DNA from: a virus
Taxonomy: Duplodnaviria > Caudoviricetes
IMG/VR virus record: IMGVR_UViG_3300029288_005873
Location: 160,001 to 224,000 of that record
Length of the DNA stretch: 64,000 bases
Direction: 5' to 3' (one strand)
This document shows positions 10,846 through 22,806 of the stretch, in pieces. Position numbers and translations under genes: made by a program. Within the stretch, counting starts at the first letter, position 1, and each line of letters opens with the position of its first letter. The notes beneath the pieces were generated by a model that saw nothing but the letters and a program-made list of their open reading frames with translations, was not told where the DNA came from and made no database searches.

Positions 10846-11253
10846 TCATAGATGGTAGTTCCTACACGCCTTGTTAACACAATAGAACTTGAAGACCAGG
10901 TCCTCACCAGATGATCCGCAGATTGGACATTTGGAATTTTGTTTTACCATATGTATTGGTACTCTCCACCAATCTTTGCTATGAGGACAAGATCTTTCTG
11001 TCCCACCTGATATATCATTCACAATTCTTGTTGAACAGCAAGGATCATCATAATCAAATGAGGTCAAAGTATGAATATCAAAAGCACCATCATGATCAAT
11101 TATGCGCGTTACATAATGGTGCTGAAGTGGGTTGTCAACAACCTCTTGGACCGACTCAACATCTATTTTGGGCGATACTTCTTTAATTTCATTCCTTATT
11201 TTTTTCAACAAATCAGACATTGTCCACATTGCTTGGTGCCTCGCATGCTTCAC
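10846..11253 (-). CDS. hypothetical protein with C-terminal Zn ribbon (CPxCGS.G...F.C.N..C.N type)
   Basis: Tail resembles that of 26001-26369. Confidence 0.55.
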   Translation of the reverse strand: MKHARHQAMWTMSDLLKKIRNEIKEVSPKIDVESVQEVVDNPLQHHYVTRIIDHDGAFDIHTLTSFDYDDPCCSTRIVNDISGGTERSCPHSKDWWRVPIHMVKQNSKCPICGSSGEDLVFKFYCVNKACRNYHL

Positions 11254-11668
11254 TTTTAAGCAACTCTTGGACTTTTGTATAAGCCCTCTTTAACTCCTCT
11301 GCCGCAGCCTCGAGTTCCTTGATGTCATCCACATGCCCAAGGAATTCTCCCATATCTAAAATATAGCATTTTGCTAGTGGATAAGAAATCTTTGGTCCAA
11401 TTACAATTGGATTTTCCACTGTCACCGGAATACTATCGCAACTATATGCGAAGACAGTCCAGAAACATTTTCCATCTGCGAACCTCAGACTCGGCTTGTC
11501 CTTATATGTCACATATCTGTTACCACATTGTACTAGAATACCATCCTTCATCCTGATATCGACGCCTTTAATATCCTTCCAGGCATCTTCGATAGCCTTA
11601 ACAACCTCTGATGGTTTGGGCGGCTTGACATATGGGACATCCTCTTGCCTTCGCACGAATCTCTTCAT
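11213..11668 (-). CDS. hypothetical protein, paralog of 10116-10556
   Basis: Same shared motifs as 10116-10556. Confidence 0.65.
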   Translation of the reverse strand: MKRFVRRQEDVPYVKPPKPSEVVKAIEDAWKDIKGVDIRMKDGILVQCGNRYVTYKDKPSLRFADGKCFWTVFAYSCDSIPVTVENPIVIGPKISYPLAKCYILDMGEFLGHVDDIKELEAAAEELKRAYTKVQELLKSEACEAPSNVDNV

Positions 11669-13047
11669 TTCCCCTCCAATTTGTCAAGCATCGAATCGAT
11701 GTTGTCATCATGGTTAATCTCACCCTCAACTAGCATTTTATCCAGCTTTTGGCGCAATTCGCCAACCTCTGGTCCTGGCTTGAGACCAAACCGAACGATG
11801 ATTGCGTTTCCAATTCCTGCTGGCAGTTTGGGTCTTAGGTCTTCTTCACGCATTTGACCAAGAGCCTCAACAAGCGCAGTATGTTGTGCTGCTACAAGAC
11901 CGCGCCTAGTCTCCTTTGCGGATGAACAGTCGGCGCCGAATAGGTCAATTAGATCTTCGATACGGCAATCACGCTCCTCGCATTCGCGAGCAAGGCGACG
12001 TAGAACACGCATACTCACTGTCCTGTTATCCTCCATTGCAGCTGACACACGCTGGTGTAGGAATACCAGACCTCGTATTGAACGCCGACGTTCATTAGAC
12101 ATCTTAAATCTTCGGGCAATTTCATTGGCGACCTCGGAACCAATCGAATCATGTCCAAGGAAATGGAGTTTGCCGTCTCGCACTCCCTCTGTTTGTGGCT
12201 TCGCGATATCGTGTAGGAGTGCAGCCCATCTGGCATTAGGTCGCGGTGGAATCCTATCCACAACCACTTTTGTATGATACCAAAGATCCTTATGTGCTTT
12301 AGTGCGCAGCTGGCTTACCTGCCATACAGCAAGCATCTCTGGGATCATCAACCACATAAGACCAGTTTTCGCAAGTAGTTCTATTCCATTCTGAACATGA
12401 TTGCCAACTAGTAGCTTATCCATCTCATCCAGCCATCTTTCTCGGCTAACAGATAGGATGTTATTCCTAAGCTCCACTATTGTATCACCCGTGTCCCTGT
12501 CAAGTTCAAATCCAAATTTGGACGCAAATCTGACAGCCCTTAGCATACGAAGAGGGTCTTCCGACAACCTGGCATGTGGATTACCAGTACAAGCAATACG
12601 CTTTGCTTTTAGATCTCCTTGACCGTCGAATGGATCGATTAGCTGTCCATCTGCCGACAATGCCATTGAATTGAATCTAAAGTCGCGCCTCTGCAGATCA
12701 GTGACAAGATCATCTGTGAATACCACATCAGGATGTCTGCCATCAGTAAGATCTCTGCGGAACGTAGTGATTTCTACCTGCTGCCCGTCAACTAACTTGG
12801 CTGCAATAGTTCCAAACTTCTCCCCAAGAGGCCAAACTACAGTGACCAAATCACTTACACTATTGAGTATTTCAGTTGTTTCCTGTGGTCTTGCGTTCGT
12901 TGTAAAATCAAAATCCTTGGGTTCTAGCCCCATAACCTGGTCACGAACACAGCCTCCTACTAGATATAGTTTACAACCATGTACGGCGAAAGCATCAGAA
13001 AGCCGTGTAAAAATCGACTCTTGCCATTTCATAGCTTCATTCTCCAT
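11665..13047 (-). CDS. cca: CCA-adding tRNA nucleotidyltransferase with HD domain
   Basis: YLVGGCVRD, DFDFTT, EITTFR, DLQRRDFRFN, EDPLRMLRAVRF, ALLHDIAKP. Confidence 0.9.
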   Translation of the reverse strand: MENEAMKWQESIFTRLSDAFAVHGCKLYLVGGCVRDQVMGLEPKDFDFTTNARPQETTEILNSVSDLVTVVWPLGEKFGTIAAKLVDGQQVEITTFRRDLTDGRHPDVVFTDDLVTDLQRRDFRFNSMALSADGQLIDPFDGQGDLKAKRIACTGNPHARLSEDPLRMLRAVRFASKFGFELDRDTGDTIVELRNNILSVSRERWLDEMDKLLVGNHVQNGIELLAKTGLMWLMIPEMLAVWQVSQLRTKAHKDLWYHTKVVVDRIPPRPNARWAALLHDIAKPQTEGVRDGKLHFLGHDSIGSEVANEIARRFKMSNERRRSIRGLVFLHQRVSAAMEDNRTVSMRVLRRLARECEERDCRIEDLIDLFGADCSSAKETRRGLVAAQHTALVEALGQMREEDLRPKLPAGIGNAIIVRFGLKPGPEVGELRQKLDKMLVEGEINHDDNIDSMLDKLEGK

Positions 13048-13170
13048 GTTTCTCTATAAACTGTCACCAGTCACCAGAAAAAATTCTAAAAACCCTTGAC
13101 ACTATATCAATAATCAGATATTTGTACATAGCATCATTGATACAATCTGTGGTTTACGGAGTGTGAACTA

Positions 13171-13968
13171 ATGAACCTAGTTGGACATAGATACGGATCA
13201 TTAATTATTATCGAGGAGATTCCAGGAGGTAAAGGAAAAGCTCGAATGGTCAAGTGTCAATGCGACTGCGGCAACATCATAACCATTAGGAAATACAGTC
13301 TATCTTCTGGAAAGAAAATCCCTTCGTGTGGTTGCTGCCGCCTACACAAATACGATGATCTGATTGGTCGCAAATTTGGAAAATTGGTTGTCCTAGAACT
13401 TTCCTCAAGGCAAGATTGTAATGGACATATTCATCGAATAGCAAAATGTCAATGCGATTGCGGCAAAACGACAATGTCATATCTATCTAGTCTACTACAT
13501 AGAAATGTACATTCGTGCGGATGCGACCACAATTATGGGCTGACCTCTGGAGCAAACAGTAACTTCTTTACTGGATCTGGAAAAATCAGTGGCACTTTGA
13601 TAGGTCTTTCTAAACAAAATGCAAAAAAGCACAACTTGGAATTTACTATTGATCTCCAATATTTATGTAATCTATTTGAAAAGCAGAAAGGTCGGTGTGC
13701 CTTTACTGGAGTCCAACTTGTCACTTGCGGTTCTAGACGTAAGATTACAGCATCTCTAGACAGGATTGATCCTACTAAAGGCTATATTCCTGACAATGTA
13801 CAATGGGTTCACAAAATTGTGAACGCAATGCGAAATGCTTTCAGTATCAACTGTTTCAAACAAGTGTGTCTGCTTGTGGCACAGCAACAGGGCTGGTATC
13901 CCCATGATGTTAGCAGTTTGCCAAATCCTGAACTACCGCCAGAATCTCGTCTATACAAAAACAAGTGA
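13171..13968 (+). mobile_element. HNH-type homing endonuclease with repeated CxCxCG DNA-binding modules
   Basis: Two G.RFG.L.V...CQCDCG...SCGC repeats, then SLDRIDPTKGYIPDNVQWVH...N; opposite strand to its neighbours. Confidence 0.8.
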
Positions 13969-13980
13969 TATACTCTATTT

Positions 13981-14535
13981 CTATTTTGCCAAGTTCTCTC
14001 TAAGCATCGCACAGAATAATTCGCCTTGTTCGATAGCATCATCGAGAGCTATATGTGTGTGGCGCGACTGACCAAACCATCGTTTCGGCATACGTCGTTT
14101 GGTAGAATCCCGATAAGGGATTTTCAACATAGCCATGGCATATGTCTTCACATCAATTGCCGAAAACGAAAACGGACTTTGTCCTGTAAACTTAATTAAG
14201 TACCAATAAAGAAACATGAAATCATATCCAACTGGATAACAAACACACACAACCCTACCAGATAAACCTCTAATCCATTTAGAATAAAGTTCCATTGCGA
14301 GTGATGGTGGCAAAATATTCTCACGACAAGCTTCCCAAGCTTTACCTTGAGTAGCCCACCACTTCATAGTATCAGGATCGCCTACCGCTCCTTCAAGTGT
14401 CTCTAGGTTGGCGGAAAATGTCGATACTAGTTTTCCATCTTCAGAGAAGGCAGCTGACCCAATACTTAGCATAGAATTGGGTCCTGGGATCGGCCCATCT
14501 GACTCTATGTCTGTACTAACGTAGATCTCGCTCAT
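13981..14535 (-). CDS. DEDDh 3'-5' exonuclease (Rv2179c-like)
   Basis: [26 protein letters not shown]. Confidence 0.8.
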   Translation of the reverse strand: MSEIYVSTDIESDGPIPGPNSMLSIGSAAFSEDGKLVSTFSANLETLEGAVGDPDTMKWWATQGKAWEACRENILPPSLAMELYSKWIRGLSGRVVCVCYPVGYDFMFLYWYLIKFTGQSPFSFSAIDVKTYAMAMLKIPYRDSTKRRMPKRWFGQSRHTHIALDDAIEQGELFCAMLRENLAK

Positions 14536-15456
14536 TTGAATCTATACTCCAATTTTATACGCATCAACTCTAGGAGTTTCGATCGCTCCGTTCCAGTATA
14601 GTTATCAGCTTTGTCACAATTCTCGATCTTATTTCGCACGCTATATTGTCAAGTTTTGTCATCTTGTCCAATATATTATTGTACAACTTTGTACCAGGAT
14701 TACAGCGACGCAGACGTTTAAATAGCCTGATGTATTGTATGCTGGGCAATTCATCAAGACCGTCCCAAAGCTCCAGCTCCTTGGTGAGCCAATCTGTAAT
14801 GCTTGCTTTACTCATCCTAGATCCCTCTCTGCGCCAAAATTGAATTCATGACCTTGCCCTCAGATTCGCATACCATTTCAAGGCAATCAAAAATCTCATT
14901 TTCGGACCAACGTTCATGTACAAATGACAACACAAGTCTTTCGTTGGATCCAGCGTCGCTGAAAAACTTTGTCCACACCGGCAGTAGGTCCGCATTTTCA
15001 GCGGTTCTATGATTCATTAGAAGTCTGTACCTATCTTTTCCACGCGCATAGGATACAGCCTGTACACACAGGATCTTTAGAAGATCTTCCTTTTTCATAT
15101 TGCCAACAAGGACAAGACTTATCCCAGCCGAATTATACATAGAGTCGAAATAGAACGATCTCCTGTTTGTTTCTGGCACATCTACTACAGAAGCAAGGTC
15201 ATTGTACTGTCTATTATGTACATTTAGTAGCGGTACAAAGATTGGATCAAGATTATATAGATGTAAAGCCTCCATCTTGATCTCAGAAAAAAGTTGGCGC
15301 AAATATCTACACGACTGGGCTTGGCGTACTGCATATGCTCTTACGTCTGTCATCCTTACCCATTCGTCTGGGGTCTTTGATATTTTACACAGATAATCTT
15401 TACGCCCACTCATCTTTTTCATAGTTTTCCTCGAAGTTTAGTCGAATGGTGCTTGT

Positions 15457-16347
15457 CTACCTAACTTTCTTTATTATGGCATAATGGTCAGTGATATTTG
15501 AACGGTTGTCAACTTTATGGTATCTATGTGTTACACGATAGATACCAGGTTCGACATTAATTACACAATCAAACCTTGTGACCGCTTCTCCATTGCGTCG
15601 CCTTGCCAGATCATCGTGATCGGCAAGTGAATACCACCAAAGATCAGTTCCAATTCCGCCAACACGCTCTCCAGGAGGATCTTTATTTTCATAGGTCTTT
15701 TTGTCGTAACGACATTGCGAAATCGTCAACCTGCCATCAGCAAGCCTGAATACACCTGGACATGTATTGCCCACAAAACCATGTGCCATTCCACGTTTTG
15801 CGTAAAACATGAATACTTGGCGCTGCCCCCATTCTGTATTCACGTTGAATTTGAATGATTCAAGTTTCTTTCCGAATGAAAAACCATCAGAAATACTATC
15901 TGGAGCTTCTGGCTCATATTCATCACGAAAGTCATTACCAGCAACAATCTTTCCAGACGGAACAGCAAACCGCATAGAATATTCTGGCAATCCATCAGGA
16001 TAAGGACATACAGTTTCGGATCCGAAAACCTTGCCATCAAAGGTAATGCCGATTTTTCTGCCACATATGTAGCATATATCTAAACAAGTTTTGCCAAAGC
16101 GAAGAGGTTTCTCTGCGCGCTCTGCGTTTCTTGTCGCCTCAGTCACTAGACGGATGTCCTCTACAGAGTTATTACGATCAGCCATCCATAAATCGGCAAC
16201 TTTATCTTTACGGTAGTAGTCAGAAACGCTACCTCGTAGATTGTGTCCTCCTAGTTCGAAGATAAAATGCTCTAGGCGCCCACGCGCTAATCTCTCTAAC
16301 TCATACGAGAGATCCATTTTCTCCCGGTCTATTTTTCTTGGCATCAA
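15457..16347 (-). CDS. hypothetical protein
   Basis: 296-aa ORF coupled to the upstream gene. Confidence 0.55.
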   Translation of the reverse strand: MMPRKIDREKMDLSYELERLARGRLEHFIFELGGHNLRGSVSDYYRKDKVADLWMADRNNSVEDIRLVTEATRNAERAEKPLRFGKTCLDICYICGRKIGITFDGKVFGSETVCPYPDGLPEYSMRFAVPSGKIVAGNDFRDEYEPEAPDSISDGFSFGKKLESFKFNVNTEWGQRQVFMFYAKRGMAHGFVGNTCPGVFRLADGRLTISQCRYDKKTYENKDPPGERVGGIGTDLWWYSLADHDDLARRRNGEAVTRFDCVINVEPGIYRVTHRYHKVDNRSNITDHYAIIKKVR

Positions 16348-17147
16348 ACCTCCAACACCCCCTCCAAATGCGGATAACCATATTCAGCTCCAGCTACAAA
16401 AACCTTTAGATTCGGCAGTATCTGTACATCACATTTGTCATGAGTGTGTCCACACAAAACAATGAGTTCCTTGTCAGGATGAGCTTTCATGTGCTTAACC
16501 ATGACTTCACCAGCTGACACTGAGCAGAAATACGGGAGGTAGTATTCGCTTGATTCTCTACCCTCGTGTTTAGATGCTCGTCTAAATGGAGGAACATGTG
16601 TGACAAGAACAACTCGGTTACCATGGATAAGAGCTTCAGGCAAAGTGTCGTCAATATACTGTACAGCTTTTTCCGCAATTTCTGCGATCTTTTCATGGAG
16701 CATTACTGGTGAGGTGAAATATGGAATCTTCATCTCCTCTATGTACCTGAAGTCGTTCATGATTACTCTGCCGCGCAACCCAGCTTTGGCATCATACCAT
16801 CCCTCATGACCCATAAGAGCGGTAGTTCCACCAGACAAACATTGGATTATCTTATCAGAAAGCCATATCATCTTGTCATTTCCATCTACAGCATTCCTGA
16901 CGTCTTCTGTTGTCTTGACAAAAGAACTACTATAGTAGTCATGGTTGCCAAGCACAAAGCTTACTGGAAAGGGGATCTCGACCTCCAACCTTTCAAGCCA
17001 CTTTAGTAGAGTGCGCCCACCAGAGATATCTCCACACAGAACCAACATGTCAGCTCCCGATTCGCGCACCTCTGAAAAAAAGCGCTCAAGATCTTCGGGT
17101 TCGGCATGATCTAGATGGATATCACTTGCCCATGCGATTTTTGTCAT
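16344..17147 (-). CDS. calcineurin-like metallophosphoesterase
   Basis: SDIHLD, CGDIS, LGNHD, THVPP, CGHTH; start placed at MTKIAW. Confidence 0.85.
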   Translation of the reverse strand: MTKIAWASDIHLDHAEPEDLERFFSEVRESGADMLVLCGDISGGRTLLKWLERLEVEIPFPVSFVLGNHDYYSSSFVKTTEDVRNAVDGNDKMIWLSDKIIQCLSGGTTALMGHEGWYDAKAGLRGRVIMNDFRYIEEMKIPYFTSPVMLHEKIAEIAEKAVQYIDDTLPEALIHGNRVVLVTHVPPFRRASKHEGRESSEYYLPYFCSVSAGEVMVKHMKAHPDKELIVLCGHTHDKCDVQILPNLKVFVAGAEYGYPHLEGVLEV

Positions 17148-17510
17148 TGTTTTTCTCCATATAATCGCTGCCTCGAACCACAACTGGGTTCATTATCCCC
17201 GAGGCAACAGCGCGGTTATAAGCATCTGTCGCAGTACTGCCAACTACTACAACGGACGGTTCTCCGCCAAGAGCGACATAATCTGTTGGGAGAATTTTTG
17301 TCCCATTTGAGGTTTCGTTCTTCCTTGTTTCCACCCACATCACACCACATCTGGGACAGATATTTGCGTCGCGTCTGGCATAGTATGTGCCACATGTTGG
17401 ACACTTAGCCAAACTAGATCCCATAGGCTCGTCGCCCGGAAAACTGTTCGGAAAACTCTTGCGATAGTCATTGTTCGTAGGCTGGCTCGAGAAAGATTTG
17501 TTAAGATATT

Positions 17511-17930
17511 TCATGACTTTGTCTCCCTAACTTTTCTAATGATGGCTGTTGTGCTCGTCAACCCCTCGACATCTGGCACAATAACAAGCTTTGCCCCAGA
17601 CTCCAATCCAAAGATCCTATCCGCATTTCCAACTAGCCTATAACCCTGATGCTTGAACAGTTTTGTCACCTTAAAATCTCTCGCAGCGCGTGTCAAATCG
17701 ACAAGGTTGCGCATTATGAAAGCTGCCCCTACGCATTCTAAACTGTTCACAAGGTCCAATCTTTCCCCTTCAGGAATGACGGGTCGATCGTGCCCTTTTG
17801 CCGTTCTGATCATTTCATCCGAATCAATAGCGACAATTAGACGCTCGCAGAGCTTACGACATCGCTGGAGATAATGGACGTGTCCGAAATGGATGAGATC
17901 AAAACATCCGCTTGTCAGACCAATCACCAT
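17511..17930 (-). CDS. cytidylyl/adenylyltransferase (RfaE-II/TagD-like)
   Basis: SGCFDLIHFGH, IVAIDSD, RP, TSTTAII. Confidence 0.85.
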   Translation of the reverse strand: MVIGLTSGCFDLIHFGHVHYLQRCRKLCERLIVAIDSDEMIRTAKGHDRPVIPEGERLDLVNSLECVGAAFIMRNLVDLTRAARDFKVTKLFKHQGYRLVGNADRIFGLESGAKLVIVPDVEGLTSTTAIIRKVRETKS

Positions 17931-17944
17931 AGAATCACCTCCCC

Positions 17945-18346
17945 CTAGGGCTCACATTTCGGACAATACTGCATCGAATACCAGCCAACATTATGTAGTG
18001 GAGTACCACACTGTACGCACTCGGTCCTTCCTGGCTCGGTATTCCTGCGCTTAAGATCGTCTTTGTCAAACAAAGATGCTGTGGTTGATGCGGGAAAAAA
18101 TAAAGAAGGAGCATTTTCCATATGTTCTGCGGCATACCAATATGCCCCAGAATTACGGTCAATTGCTACAGAATGTAAACTACTTAATTCTACCATAAGA
18201 TTCCCTGGATACTGGAAGTGATCATGTACCCTAACAACAAATATCCTTCCATTCCATGTAATGAAGTAAGGATGAAAATCTGGAGGCAGCTTCATAGCCT
18301 CCGGATTTACAATAACTTGATCACCATCCTTTGGAACGAACCCCAT
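17945..18346 (-). CDS. CPKCEP-tail family member 2
   Basis: MGFVPKDGDQVIVNP...LKRRNTEPGRTECVQCG...YCPKCEP*. Confidence 0.75.
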   Translation of the reverse strand: MGFVPKDGDQVIVNPEAMKLPPDFHPYFITWNGRIFVVRVHDHFQYPGNLMVELSSLHSVAIDRNSGAYWYAAEHMENAPSLFFPASTTASLFDKDDLKRRNTEPGRTECVQCGTPLHNVGWYSMQYCPKCEP

Positions 18347-19656
18347 AGTTTCCCTTCCCTTTTTCGAATGGCCACCTACCATCGGCACAACGGTCAAGGA
18401 GCCAAAAAGCCGAAGCTGCTAAAAGAATAAGCAGGATAATCCTTCCCCAGGTGTTTTGGTTCTGGTCAAGGCAGTTTGGACAACGACTAGCAAGCGATGG
18501 AATCTTCGACATACATCTGATACAGATCTTCATCAGTAGTGACTCCATAAACGTTCCACTACTTGTTGTCCCATATCTACTACATCATATGGAAATTTAC
18601 ACAGCATTCCCATATACCTATTGTCAATAGCAAACTCTAAATGTGCCCAGGTGACTTCTACTATGACCTTAGCTATCCACATAGGCATCATTACAATTTT
18701 AGCTATAGCTAACATTCCAGGCTCCTTTGGGGATCGCTCAAATTATTTCAGAACCAGTACGGCAGAAAGATCATCGCATGAAATGTACAATGGGCGTGGA
18801 CGCATATTAGTCCAGGTTATTTCCGAAAGGCGACCACCATTGGTTTTTACCTTCAGCGTCTCGACCCACACATCTTGAACATGACCAGACTTGAACACTA
18901 GTCGAATCTTAACCTTCTTCATCTTCCACTCCAATCCTATTGCGAGACTCCATAAGAAAGCTCACGATGCTATCAACCCGCGATGCGTTGTTGATATTTA
19001 ATCCGCTTTGCTTTTTCCAGATGCCATTGATCTTTTTGAACCTGGCAATGGTCACCCTTGGCGGTTTCCATCCGTCTGTGATGAGATCGCGATCCTGATG
19101 TAGGAATGCCACATCTGCCCAGACTCCCGTGTTCGATAGAACTTTGCGATTAAGTTCCCTACGGAGCTGTTGTCCATTTTTGAAGTAGTTGTATGTAAGG
19201 TCATCGATACGAGGAGCGCTGACGGGAAGTTCTGTCTCCATTATTCTCCCTCATATATGTAACACAAACCACTACATTCTGGACACTGACCAGAGGGCAT
19301 AGGTTCTCCTGGAGATACGCGCTCATACAGATTTTTGATCGGATCGCAATCAGCGGTTTCACCCTCCCATTGACAACTTCCACATCGACTGAGTCCGTCA
19401 TCATATGGTCCAGGATCCTTGCCAAAATTCACGAATTCGCTGGCGATCTCATCAAGAGATACTCCCCTGGAAATCAAATAGTCGAGCTGGGCGGCAACAC
19501 CTTGCGCTATGATCTCATCAGCCTCTTTGATGGATTTATTCCTAACCTCAGCTTCTTTCTCCGTTATTACCCAATCCGATGGTTGATGCTCATCAGGATC
19601 AAACTTCTTCTTTAGGAGAGCAGCAAGTAATTTGTCCCTTGTCCAGATTTTAGGCA

Positions 19657-20562
19657 TCACTGACTCCAGGCGCCAGTTAGGGCGCGGTAGAAATCTCTAG
19701 CCATTGACTTTGGAAGTCCAGATACTTGACCATCGCCAAGTTCGACAATGACCCATTGTCCAGTCCGCGTTCGTGCTAAGTCGGCTGCGAAAAACCGGCT
19801 TTTTATTGCGCGAAAGATCTCTGAAAACTCACCAAGCGGAAGCTCGATTCCAGGTGGATAGTCTCCTTCTTCCCAGTAAGGACATGTAAAAAAGGGTTTC
19901 CCATCTAGGACGAAGACGCGAAATTCCAATGACATAGGCATACCGCTTGCCTGATGGATTCCCACCGGCTCAAGATCCAAAAACTCCCTGAAGACAAGTC
20001 CTCCTTGGATATCACCTTGAAGTTCCAAGAACTTTGCCACAACACGGCGTACGGATTCGCTATCCGCAGAATCTGGAATAAAGCAAGCCTCATTCCAATA
20101 ATGCTTTTGCGACTTCACGTAATCCTTTAGTATGATTGGTGCTCCCTTAAACACAGACAATGCCGTCATAATGTTATCGTGGTCATGTTCCCTAGGCATC
20201 CAAATTGTTTTTGGAGTCCGCTCTGCCATCAGAGGCCAACTCTCAGGAAGATGATGGCAGTGGATATATTGGTCTGGAGAGTTTATGAGTACAAGTCCTC
20301 GCTTCTCCAAAGCGCTATATAGCGAAGTATATTCCGTTGCCTTAAGCATCCATCCGCGGTATACTCCTATTCTTGCCACATGAGTTCTTTCAACTATCCT
20401 TACAGCGCGATCTACTCTGTTATCATCCACCAATGCCTCGAAATCCATAATAGATCGTGGCAAGCATGCCTCAAGAGCAGCTGAAGATTCACACCCCCAG
20501 TCACAGTCTACAGTATCAGGATCGTCGGAATCAAGACATAGAAGTATTTCTGGTCGTTTCAT
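19657..20562 (-). CDS. ATP-grasp protein, R2K/DUF4343-like
   Basis: VYRGWML, ILKDYVKSQK, GGLVFREF, EFRVFVLDG, IVELGDGQVSGL. Confidence 0.8.
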   Translation of the reverse strand: MKRPEILLCLDSDDPDTVDCDWGCESSAALEACLPRSIMDFEALVDDNRVDRAVRIVERTHVARIGVYRGWMLKATEYTSLYSALEKRGLVLINSPDQYIHCHHLPESWPLMAERTPKTIWMPREHDHDNIMTALSVFKGAPIILKDYVKSQKHYWNEACFIPDSADSESVRRVVAKFLELQGDIQGGLVFREFLDLEPVGIHQASGMPMSLEFRVFVLDGKPFFTCPYWEEGDYPPGIELPLGEFSEIFRAIKSRFFAADLARTRTGQWVIVELGDGQVSGLPKSMARDFYRALTGAWSQ

Positions 20563-22206
20563 GGTCGTACTCCGCGCATCGGCTCACTTTTACCATTTGA
20601 ATTGAACAGATGCTTGATGTTACTCCTAATCTGATCGCCTTGACCACAGGTCAGACAGTCAGCTCCGACAATAGCTGCCAAGACCATGATTGCCAATATG
20701 CCAATAATCCAACGGATCATTTCTTTACCCTCCACTACAATGAGCTTTCCGAACTGGTCGCAGACGACTTCACACTTACAATTGTTACCATAAAAAGAAG
20801 AGTAGACATCTGTCTCCCCTTCCCATCTTATCCATGCTGAGGCATCGTCGACATAATCGATATCGACAATAGTTCCGATTCTCATCGGATCGACCAGCGA
20901 TCGAATTTGTAGACCCACAACAACCTGGTCTTCTTGGAGATCGCATATACGCATCATGGATCTCCAACCAACATAAACACAGGCTGGTCAACGAGAATCG
21001 TAATGGTTTCTCTTTTCTTTCCGCGCCTTACTTCAACATCCAAACCTGCGCCTACGGCGTCAAAACCGTCATCGCGGATCATTTTTAGATGACACGACAA
21101 TGGCATTTCTGGATTTCGACATCTTGGACATCCTGAATCTTCGCATCTATATAGTACAACGACATTCTTTCCAAGCATATTGGATCGCCATACTTCAATG
21201 ATTTCCAGATGATCCTTATCCGGCCAAGCCGACCTCGTGTATCCAGGATGCCAAGTCAACTTACAATTTGGAGAGATTGCGTCTGGCTTGAGACAGGCTG
21301 GTAGATGGGAAAGTTCAACGGTAACAAAAGCGCGAATGGCTTCGGTTACGGAGGCGATATCGCCCCCGCCCTTTACAATAAGGTTGCCGTTCTCCCTTGA
21401 GATCTCAATGGGCATGACTATCCCTCTTCATCTTCTTCCGTGTCCGTTTTGTGAGATTCATTGGCGACCTTCTCGATTTCCTCAGAAATCGCGATGTCCT
21501 CTTCAGCTTCCTCTATCCAATCTCTTGTGCCCATGTGTTGGATTCGACGTTCACTTTTGTCGACATGAGTTCCAGCCCTTCCACCAATGCCGCCCATTTC
21601 GATCCTGCTAGCCCGCTTGATCGACTTTATCCTCTCAAGATGCTTGTCTTTCATTTCTCCATATCCATTGTTAGTTGGAGCCACTCTTTGGCTTGTTTTG
21701 TAGAACGTTGGCAAAGCGTGCTCTGAGAGCAGCTGCTTTACCACTATCTTCAAGTTCTTTGGACAATTTTGAGACGTATTCGGTGACTCTAGATTTAATT
21801 GCGGAGATTTCATCTACGTTCATAAAACCCAATGTTATCTGCGCACTAGTCAAGATCTCCGCTGCTATCAGAATACCTTCAACCATATCTAATGGCGATG
21901 CTGCAAGAGATGTTGCCTCAATCTCTAGACTCTTCCCAGCTACGACAGACAATATATAAGCTTTGAGACCGATTACATTTGGATCAAACATGTTTATTCT
22001 TTCTATTTTTTTCTCATTGCCGCCTGGAATGCCTTTACTACACGAGAAAGGCGCTCATCTACACCACCAATACGTACCCCCGCCCTAACAATCTTATCAC
22101 GCAAGATTCTTAGCTGGTTCTCGGTCAATCCTTCCAGCTGTTCTGGCACTTCCACATCGGTGATGATGGTTTTCATTTAGCTCCTTTTGCGGCATTAGCT
22201 GCCGAT

Positions 22207-22237
22207 GAAAAAACGTCCGCGGAATTTTTCCGCTGCA
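22207..22237. repeat. dispersed palindromic element, copy 2
   Basis: GAAAAAACGTCCGCGGAATTTTTCCGCTGCA. Confidence 0.75.
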
Positions 22238-22254
22238 AAACAATTTTTCGCACC

Positions 22255-22806
22255 TTAACTTAGATCCCCCCATACCTTGTCGGCCACTTTCTGGAAAATC
22301 CTGGACAAGGCTTCGTAAATCAATCTCCAAGGCTCTTCAAGAAGAGTCCAGACCATGGAGAACGGCCAGTATACCATCCAGGTGATTATTTTTCCTTTAT
22401 TCTTGTGCGCAAGGGGTTTTACAGGAACTGTTCCAAATGATTCCACCATTTCTTTTGGCATGGGCGTATCGAGAGTTGCCCCAACAACACCACGCCTTTC
22501 GAGGTACTTCATCCTTCTCTGGCGGAACTCTAACGCTTTCCGCTTGACAAAGAACCACCATTTAGCCAGTGCCCAAAAAGCACCTGCCAAAAAGAATCCT
22601 GGAACCCCGGCATACACCAGAGCTGGATGCTTTCCAATGGTAGAGAACAGAGACGCGTCCCCAAACAAATGAATCACCATTAGATACATGACGATCGTAA
22701 AACCCGTTAGAAAAGCCCGTTCCTTAGCCACCTCTAGGACAATGAGAAGGATAATCGCTACCGTCAAGATCCAGAACCACACGCCAGTGAAAAGTAGGAA
22801 CCACAT
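22255..22806 (-). CDS. multi-pass membrane protein
   Basis: 3-4 hydrophobic segments; start at MWFLLF after RBS AAGGAG. Confidence 0.6.
   Translation of the reverse strand: MWFLLFTGVWFWILTVAIILLIVLEVAKERAFLTGFTIVMYLMVIHLFGDASLFSTIGKHPALVYAGVPGFFLAGAFWALAKWWFFVKRKALEFRQRRMKYLERRGVVGATLDTPMPKEMVESFGTVPVKPLAHKNKGKIITWMVYWPFSMVWTLLEEPWRLIYEALSRIFQKVADKVWGDLS

Noticed and set aside
13096-13124. Sigma70 promoter for the plus-strand endonuclease
   Set aside because: TTGACA is present but there is no convincing -10 at 16-18 bp spacing.
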